Below are positions 55,817 through 64,000 of a stretch of DNA of 64,000 nucleotides, piece by piece; positions within the stretch are counted from its first letter, which is position 1; each line of letters starts with the position of its first letter. Position numbers and translations under genes: made by a program. The notes beneath the pieces are model-generated. The model was not told where the DNA came from, ran no database searches, and worked only from the letters and a program-made list of their open reading frames with translations. Origin of the DNA: Eledone cirrhosa (Eukaryota); the NCBI GenBank assembly GCA_964016885.1, contig OZ024740.1, positions 110,980,001-111,044,000 of the forward strand. Reading direction: 5' to 3'.

Positions 55817-56274
55817 GAGCATTCAGTAGTCAGAAGAAGGGAGGTAGATGTAAAAGCCAAATCCGTTATTTTTAATTCGGTATTCGTGCCAACCCTTACC
55901 TGTGGTCATCAATCTTGGGTAATGACTGGAAGAATACGATCGCGAATACAAGCGGCCGAAAAGAGATTCGGAGATCAGAGAGTTACTCCAGGTAGAGCCG
56001 CTACTTCTCCGAATTGAGAGATCGCAGCTTCGATACTATGGGAGACCAAGGGGTAGACCCTGAGCAAGATGGTTGGATAACATCCTTGAGCTTGGCTGGT
56101 CACGCTTGGGGATCCAGCCGGATCAGTTGACGATGGTTGCTTCTGACAAGAACCACTGGAAGGAGTGTTTGGGGAAACTGACCACAGGACCCTCTCAGGA
56201 ATAAGTGGGCGATGAAGAAGAAGAAGAAGAAGAAGAAGAAGAAGAAGAAGAAGAAGAAGAAGAAGAAGAAGAAG
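55817..56274 (+). mobile_element. RTE-clade (Rex3/Expander-like) LINE 3' fragment with (GAA)n tail
   Basis: Translates across deletions as HSVVRRREVDVKAKSVIFNSVFVPTLTCGHQSWVMTGRIRSRIQAAE..ELLQVEPLLLRIERSQLRYYG..RPRGRP*ARWLDNI..LGWSRLGI, like the Rex3/Expander RT C-terminus. It ends in about 20 GAA repeats. Confidence 0.88.
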
Positions 56275-56279
56275 GGAAA

Positions 56280-56525
56280 TGTTGATTAAATCGACCACAG
56301 TGCATTACTGGGGCTTTATCTTAAATAATTATATTAATAATTATTTCTACGTTTAGCATAAGGCCAGCAATCGACCCCAGTGCATTACTGGTGCTTTATT
56401 TTATAGACCCCGTAAGGATGAAAGGCAAAGTTAACCTCGGCGCGATTTGAACTCACACCGTAAAGGGCCGTAACTCTATGCTGCAAAGCATGGCGTCCGA
56501 CCCTCTACCGATACTGCCAATCCAC
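56280..56525 (-). mobile_element. tRNA-headed SINE, copy 4, plus an adjacent partial fragment (56280-56320)
   Basis: Same consensus as 50350-50560. Confidence 0.85.
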
Positions 56526-56531
56526 TAATTA

Positions 56532-58000
56532 ATGATGATGATTTGTTTTATTAACCGCAAGGGCATCCATACAGAATAGAGTAAACATTATAAAGATAGG
56601 AGTAACACTACACATGGGGCTGCGCAAACACAGTTATATAAAAACGAGGGCAGGCACAACCGTGTTATACAATAGACAGATTAGTTTGATAAAATATGAA
56701 ATAATTATACAATTATTATAAAACACCCAATAATTATCACAAGCTATGGTACAAGACATACAAATATTTAGGATTACCCACATATATGTATATAGGCGGA
56801 TACCAATAGTTAAGAACGCCATCCCCATTTCTGCTCCCCAACCTTATATTATATATTTCAGGGGTATCACCGAAATCTTCCGTAAACCTTTCTTCGGTTG
56901 CTTCAAAAGCACCTACATCCTTTGGACAGAAGTATTGTATTTCTTTGTATAACTTCTTTTGTTGTTAGCAATAAGTGTCAACCATCTGGGAGCTCTCAGT
57001 AACGACTCTTATTTATGAGCTCATCCATATATTGCGTAGGTACAACTCTTTCAATTCATACATATTTCTTAAGCAGCTCAGTGGTGTTTGTTCTGACGAG
57101 GTAATCACGCTATTTAACGTCGTTTTCCCAATACTTATAACAGGGCTTCTTTTTGTTTAATTTTTGTCATGTCCTTTCCTTCTTGCCCTGTTGCAACAGT
57201 TCGCCGGCCTACGTCAACTTTCATTTCGTCCTCATCATCACCAATGGCTGTGGTGGGAGTACTTTTAAGAGGAGGAATTTCGGCATATTTCTCCTCTGAT
57301 ATCGAGCATGAATAAGGTTTTTTTCAACTGTTTTAGGATTAGGATGAGATCTCTCGGTATCGTCTGCTTCAGGAACCGAGCAGGAAGTAGATTTTCTCGT
57401 CATCCTTGGAAATGGAACCGGTGGTGCAATAGAAACTCCAGAAACTTGTTAATTACTTGGTCATGTTTTACCCGCATTAGCATAGAAACCCATTAATGTA
57501 ACACGGGGTTTTCTGCTTTGCCCCGTCAGTCTTATCGCTTTTGATTATGCGCCCATAACGAAACAATGCTAGAATGGTTTTGTAGTGCTGCGAAGTCATG
57601 AGTACTTTCAAGTCCATACTGACCCCACCCAATTCTCAATGCCTTGGCACTTAATACATGCACATATTGTATAAAAAAAGAAAGAAGGACTAGGGGATCA
57701 ATGTGATTTTCTATATTTCTAACATGCATCCACTTGTACTGAAGTACTAGCTTGTGGGCGGGCCTCTTGCGCAATAGTTTTGCTTGTGTTTTTCGGTACA
57801 GACGTCCGATAGAACTTCTTTAAATTCATTTTCTTGGAGCATAAGAACGTACCTTTTCATTTGTGAGATAAATATAAATACGTTTTCTATGAGGACGTTT
57901 CGGGATATATTCTTCGAGAAAAATAACAAAATTCTTTTCAATACAATTGTAACAACTAATTTGTTCAGAATTTATTTTTGTCATATCTAAACGTTCAATA
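56532..58000 (-). mobile_element. Decayed non-LTR retroelement-like segment sharing its 3' terminus with the 55385-55795 element
   Basis: Minus-strand end GCCCTTGCGGTTAATAAAACAAAT followed by (CAT)n resembles GCCCTTGTGGCTAATAAACGAAAT. The interior looks like broken coding sequence but no domain was recognised. The 5' limit is uncertain. Confidence 0.35.
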
Positions 58001-58214
58001 TGGTGGTTGAAATTGTGTGTTAATGTCAAAGTGTATGCACGTGTACTTATTAATGCTGTTGTTATTGCCGTTATTTATGTTACGGAAATTATCATTTTCG
58101 GACATATATGTTCGAAAAAAATACTTCATTTTATTCCAGATATTTGGATGGATGCCTGCTGCGTACAAAATAATCTAAATGGAAAGTGGGTAGTAACTCA
58201 CTCTAATCGGATTT

Positions 58215-58400
58215 TTCATAGAAATTTGGCGGGAAGAGAAAGTCAATAAGATTGATCTCAGTACTTACTTATATGGTACTTTATTTTATCCACGATGAGA
58301 GGCAAAATTGTCTTTGGCGGGTTTGAATACAGACTGTAAAGAGCCGTAACTAAATGCCGCTAAGCATTTTGTACAGCTCTCTAACAATTTTATCAATCAA
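58215..58400 (-). mobile_element. tRNA-headed SINE, copy 5 (more diverged)
   Basis: TGGTACTTTATTTTATC..GATGA..GGCAAA..GGCGG.TTTGAA..CAG..GTAAAG.GCCGTAACT matches the family. Confidence 0.75.
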
Positions 58401-58555
58401 GTGCTCTTAAAATAAACAGAGTTCCCATGCCGGAATCATATGATTCCAGTTCCTAAGGGAAATAACAACCCAACCAGGATCTGGGCATATCAGAGTATTC
58501 ACAATATTATACACCTCAACAACATATGTACTTGTCTATACCACACTAATTAGGA

Positions 58556-58608
58556 CTGCCTGAAGAGGTCACAGCCAAAGATGGGTGTCACTGAAATATA
58601 TATAGCAG
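58556..58608 (+). ncRNA. Minimal type I hammerhead ribozyme with an imperfect stem II
   Basis: CTGC-CTGAAGA-GGTCAC AGCCAAAGATGGGT GTCACT-GAAA-TATATA-TA-GCAG: stem I CTGC/GCAG and one C-C mismatch in stem II; 50 bp upstream of a 105-bp (TA)n. Confidence 0.68.
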
Positions 58609-58652
58609 CAATAAACGAAGCTAAATTTTAAACATTTGACTTTTTATTTAAC

Positions 58653-59001
<349 letters not shown>

Positions 59002-59112
59002 TATTGTTCTGCAACCCCATGCATTGAACCACAAAGTTACTAAGACAAAACATATATATTTGCTAGCATTGATATGCATCTGTATGTATATATATGTTAC
59101 TAGATATTAATT

Positions 59113-59165
<53 letters not shown>

Positions 59166-59285
59166 TATAGACATAGAATATTCGAAAATATTCTGTATGT
59201 TTATAATAAACATTTTGAAGACCTAATCGCTATAGAATAGAATACGTCACGTATTACAATTAGATTCTCGATAAAAGCAAGGGAA

Positions 59286-59328
59286 GTAATCTACGCGTTT
59301 CATTCTCGTTAGAAATCATCAGGACTAC
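59286..59328 (-). ncRNA. Type I hammerhead ribozyme, inverted copy
   Basis: Exact reverse complement of 59728-59770. Confidence 0.88.
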
Positions 59329-59727
59329 ATATCCAGTGCTTTTATCGAGAATGACACAGCTAGAGACTTATAGAATACTTAGCTGTGTACAGGAACTGGT
59401 TTGAAAGAGCGGTTGCCGGTCCGGCAGAAATTAGAAATTGGAATAAATGCTCTGAAATAGCGATATATATGTGAATATAGACATAGAATATTCGAAAATA
59501 TTCTGTATGTTTATAATAAACATTTTGAAGACCTAATCGCTATAGAATAGAATACGTCACGTATTACAATTAGATTCTCGATAAAAGCAAGGGAAGTAAT
59601 CTACGCGTTTCATTCTCGTTAGAAATTTCTGCCGGACCGGCAACCGCTCTTTCAAACCAGTTCCTGTACACAGCTAAGTATTCTATAAGTCTCTAGCTGT
59701 GTCATTCTCGATAAAAGCACTGGATAT

Positions 59728-59770
59728 GTAGTCCTGATGATTTCTAACGAGAATGAAACGCGTAGATTAC
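59728..59770 (+). ncRNA. Type I hammerhead ribozyme, first of 11 tandem copies (repeating every 310 bp to 62828-62870)
   Basis: GTAGTC-CTGATGA-T TTCT AACG AGAA T-GAAA-CGCG-TA-GATTAC: 6-bp stem I with one G-U, canonical CUGAUGA/GAAA core, palindromic CGCG stem III, predicted cleavage after GUA (59764/59765). Confidence 0.9.
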
Positions 59771-62700
59771 TTCCCTTGCTTTTATCGAGAATCTAATTGT
59801 AATACGTGACGTATTCTATTCTATAGCGATTAGGTCTTCAAAATGTTTATTATAAACATACAGAATATTTTCGAATATTCTATGTCTATATTCACATATA
59901 TATCGCTATTTCAGAGCATTTATTCCAATTTCTAATTTCTGCCGGACCGGCAACCGCTCTTTCAAACCAGTTCCTGTACACAGCTAAGTATTCTATAAGT
60001 CTCTAGCTGTGTCATTCTCGATAAAAGCACTGGATATGTAGTCCTGATGATTTCTAACGAGAATGAAACGCGTAGATTACTTCCCTTGCTTTTATCGAGA
60101 ATCTAATTGTAATACGTGACGTATTCTATTCTATAGCGATTAGGTCTTCAAAATGTTTATTATAAACATACAGAATATTTTCGAATATTCTATGTCTATA
60201 TTCACATATATATCGCTATTTCAGAGCATTTATTCCAATTTCTAATTTCTGCCGGACCGGCAACCGCTCTTTCAAACCAGTTCCTGTACACAGCTAAGTA
60301 TTCTATAAGTCTCTAGCTGTGTCATTCTCGATAAAAGCACTGGATATGTAGTCCTGATGATTTCTAACGAGAATGAAACGCGTAGATTACTTCCCTTGCT
60401 TTTATCGAGAATCTAATTGTAATACGTGACGTATTCTATTCTATAGCGATTAGGTCTTCAAAATGTTTATTATAAACATACAGAATATTTTCGAATATTC
60501 TATGTCTATATTCACATATATATCGCTATTTCAGAGCATTTATTCCAATTTCTAATTTCTGCCGGACCGGCAACCGCTCTTTCAAACCAGTTCCTGTACA
60601 CAGCTAAGTATTCTATAAGTCTCTAGCTGTGTCATTCTCGATAAAAGCACTGGATATGTAGTCCTGATGATTTCTAACGAGAATGAAACGCGTAGATTAC
60701 TTCCCTTGCTTTTATCGAGAATCTAATTGTAATACGTGACGTATTCTATTCTATAGCGATTAGGTCTTCAAAATGTTTATTATAAACATACAGAATATTT
60801 TCGAATATTCTATGTCTATATTCACATATATATCGCTATTTCAGAGCATTTATTCCAATTTCTAATTTCTGCCGGACCGGCAACCGCTCTTTCAAACCAG
60901 TTCCTGTACACAGCTAAGTATTCTATAAGTCTCTAGCTGTGTCATTCTCGATAAAAGCACTGGATATGTAGTCCTGATGATTTCTAACGAGAATGAAACG
61001 CGTAGATTACTTCCCTTGCTTTTATCGAGAATCTAATTGTAATACGTGACGTATTCTATTCTATAGCGATTAGGTCTTCAAAATGTTTATTATAAACATA
61101 CAGAATATTTTCGAATATTCTATGTCTATATTCACATATATATCGCTATTTCAGAGCATTTATTCCAATTTCTAATTTCTGCCGGACCGGCAACCGCTCT
61201 TTCAAACCAGTTCCTGTACACAGCTAAGTATTCTATAAGTCTCTAGCTGTGTCATTCTCGATAAAAGCACTGGATATGTAGTCCTGATGATTTCTAACGA
61301 GAATGAAACGCGTAGATTACTTCCCTTGCTTTTATCGAGAATCTAATTGTAATACGTGACGTATTCTATTCTATAGCGATTAGGTCTTCAAAATGTTTAT
61401 TATAAACATACAGAATATTTTCGAATATTCTATGTCTATATTCACATATATATCGCTATTTCAGAGCATTTATTCCAATTTCTAATTTCTGCCGGACCGG
61501 CAACCGCTCTTTCAAACCAGTTCCTGTACACAGCTAAGTATTCTATAAGTCTCTAGCTGTGTCATTCTCGATAAAAGCACTGGATATGTAGTCCTGATGA
61601 TTTCTAACGAGAATGAAACGCGTAGATTACTTCCCTTGCTTTTATCGAGAATCTAATTGTAATACGTGACGTATTCTATTCTATAGCGATTAGGTCTTCA
61701 AAATGTTTATTATAAACATACAGAATATTTTCGAATATTCTATGTCTATATTCACATATATATCGCTATTTCAGAGCATTTATTCCAATTTCTAATTTCT
61801 GCCGGACCGGCAACCGCTCTTTCAAACCAGTTCCTGTACACAGCTAAGTATTCTATAAGTCTCTAGCTGTGTCATTCTCGATAAAAGCACTGGATATGTA
61901 GTCCTGATGATTTCTAACGAGAATGAAACGCGTAGATTACTTCCCTTGCTTTTATCGAGAATCTAATTGTAATACGTGACGTATTCTATTCTATAGCGAT
62001 TAGGTCTTCAAAATGTTTATTATAAACATACAGAATATTTTCGAATATTCTATGTCTATATTCACATATATATCGCTATTTCAGAGCATTTATTCCAATT
62101 TCTAATTTCTGCCGGACCGGCAACCGCTCTTTCAAACCAGTTCCTGTACACAGCTAAGTATTCTATAAGTCTCTAGCTGTGTCATTCTCGATAAAAGCAC
62201 TGGATATGTAGTCCTGATGATTTCTAACGAGAATGAAACGCGTAGATTACTTCCCTTGCTTTTATCGAGAATCTAATTGTAATACGTGACGTATTCTATT
62301 CTATAGCGATTAGGTCTTCAAAATGTTTATTATAAACATACAGAATATTTTCGAATATTCTATGTCTATATTCACATATATATCGCTATTTCAGAGCATT
62401 TATTCCAATTTCTAATTTCTGCCGGACCGGCAACCGCTCTTTCAAACCAGTTCCTGTACACAGCTAAGTATTCTATAAGTCTCTAGCTGTGTCATTCTCG
62501 ATAAAAGCACTGGATATGTAGTCCTGATGATTTCTAACGAGAATGAAACGCGTAGATTACTTCCCTTGCTTTTATCGAGAATCTAATTGTAATACGTGAC
62601 GTATTCTATTCTATAGCGATTAGGTCTTCAAAATGTTTATTATAAACATACAGAATATTTTCGAATATTCTATGTCTATATTCACATATATATCGCTATT

Positions 62701-63027
62701 TCAGAGCATTTATTCCAATTTCTAATTTCTGCCGGACCGGCAACCGCTCTTTCAAACCAGTTCCTGTACACAGCTAAGTATTCTATAAGTCTCTAGCTGT
62801 GTCATTCTCGATAAAAGCACTGGATATGTAGTCCTGATGATTTCTAACGAGAATGAAACGCGTAGATTACTTCCCTTGCTTTTATCGAGAATCTAATTGT
62901 AATACGTGACGTATTCTATTCTATAGCGATTAGGTCTTCAAAATGTTTATTATAAACATACAGAATATTTTCGAATATTCTATGTCTATATTCACATATA
63001 TATCGCTATTTCAGAGCATTTATTCCA

Positions 63028-63028
<1 letters not shown>

Positions 63029-63105
<77 letters not shown>
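63029..63105. repeat. (TA)n(TG)n microsatellite
   Basis: Directly visible. Confidence 0.95.
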
Positions 63106-63108
<3 letters not shown>

Positions 63109-63599
63109 CATCTATGTATACAGTGGAAACACCTTTCAGTATATTTTTCAGTTTATTTCAATTCTACAAATATTCCCACAACAGAATATATACTATCTAC
63201 AAAGTCAAATATTGAAGTACATAATCACAAATACTTAGGCTTCGAGACAGGTAGAAGTTATTCGTGTGAACCTAACATCCTTCTCTTAAAACTACAATTA
63301 CATAAAATTATTATATCCTCAAACCTGTTTCCTTTCGAAAATTTTATTTTTAAAATCACTTAAATTCATTAAAAAAAATATTTATCAATATCTATAAATG
63401 TTTATTCCATTATGAATTTTATAGTTTTAATATATTCCTCTCCATTCTCTGTTCAGATAAAAAAAAGAATGCTTTAGTTTTTGTCCTTTTAGTCTTCATC
63501 TTTGTTCACTGAAATGAATTATCGATTATGAACTCCACAGCTTTATTTTTTTTTTTAACAACACAATAAAATTAAACATAAATATCTTCTAGACTTCTC

Positions 63600-64000
63600 G
63601 AAGAAGCAAAAACCTTTTTTTCATTTCGCTCTGTATGTAATTTTTGTATTGCTAGTTGAAGGAAGGGGATGTGATCATGAGAGTTGCAACCCCCCCGAGA
63701 CTCATGTGATTGATGCTGTTGATGTTTAGCTTGAATTGTTGAAGGTTGACTACTTCTGACATTGTGTAGAGGTTGAATTTTGGAGTTACACACACTGGCT
63801 AGGAAGAACTGGGAGAATTGGTTAGTGCAAGACCCGGGGATGGGGTCGGGTGGACGTTTTATTGGTAATGAGAGAAGGAGAAGTGAGTGATGTGAGACTG
63901 CTTGAGTGTTGGTAGCACGAAGATAGCCAGTTCGAAGGAGCAAAGATCATTGTAGTAGCAGTATAACAAAAAAGCGCCTGTAGGATAGAGGCTGCAGCGT
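63600..64000 (-). pseudogene. Possible decayed LINE endonuclease fragment
   Basis: The minus strand around 63660-63705 can be read, with frameshifts, as SRG(G)VATL..HIPF, resembling the APE-domain motif RGGVAILI..IPF. Weak. Confidence 0.25.

Larger units (their letters stand above)
59161..63029 (+). mobile_element. Retrozyme-like tandem array of a 310-bp hammerhead-containing unit: about 1.5 inverted units (59161-59626) plus about 11 direct units (59624-63029), flanked by (TA)n on both sides
   Basis: GTAGTCCTGATGA recurs every 310 bp from 59728 to 62828 (11 times). The units look identical by eye. The left block is the reverse complement of the unit. The ORF track has no ORF within the unit. 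Confidence 0.9.

Noticed and set aside
59624-63029. 5S rRNA or snRNA tandem cluster
   Set aside because: I recognise no similarity to 5S or U snRNAs; the unit is AT-rich and better explained by the hammerhead.

Overview
Gene-free, repeat-dominated eukaryotic DNA, probably from a cephalopod such as Octopus (inferred from the tRNA/Nin-type SINEs and dense microsatellites). Bases 1-41.3 kb are one TG-rich satellite of 40/42-bp units with irregular higher-order duplications; the ORFs called there are artefacts of the repeat. Bases 41.3-64 kb hold microsatellites and decayed transposons: an internally deleted mariner, tRNA-derived SINEs, two RTE-clade LINE 3' ends, probable L1/Tx1 remnants and a probable non-autonomous Helitron. 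The main signal is RNA, not protein. Five dissimilar elements each carry a minimal type I hammerhead ribozyme (CUGANGA-stem II-GAAA-short palindrome-UH). All lie next to (TA)n tracts and four have an inverted (fold-back) structure. The largest is a 3.87-kb retrozyme-like array of an apparently identical 310-bp unit: about 11 copies on +, about 1.5 inverted copies, 12 complete hammerheads. All structures were read by eye; no folding program or database search was run.
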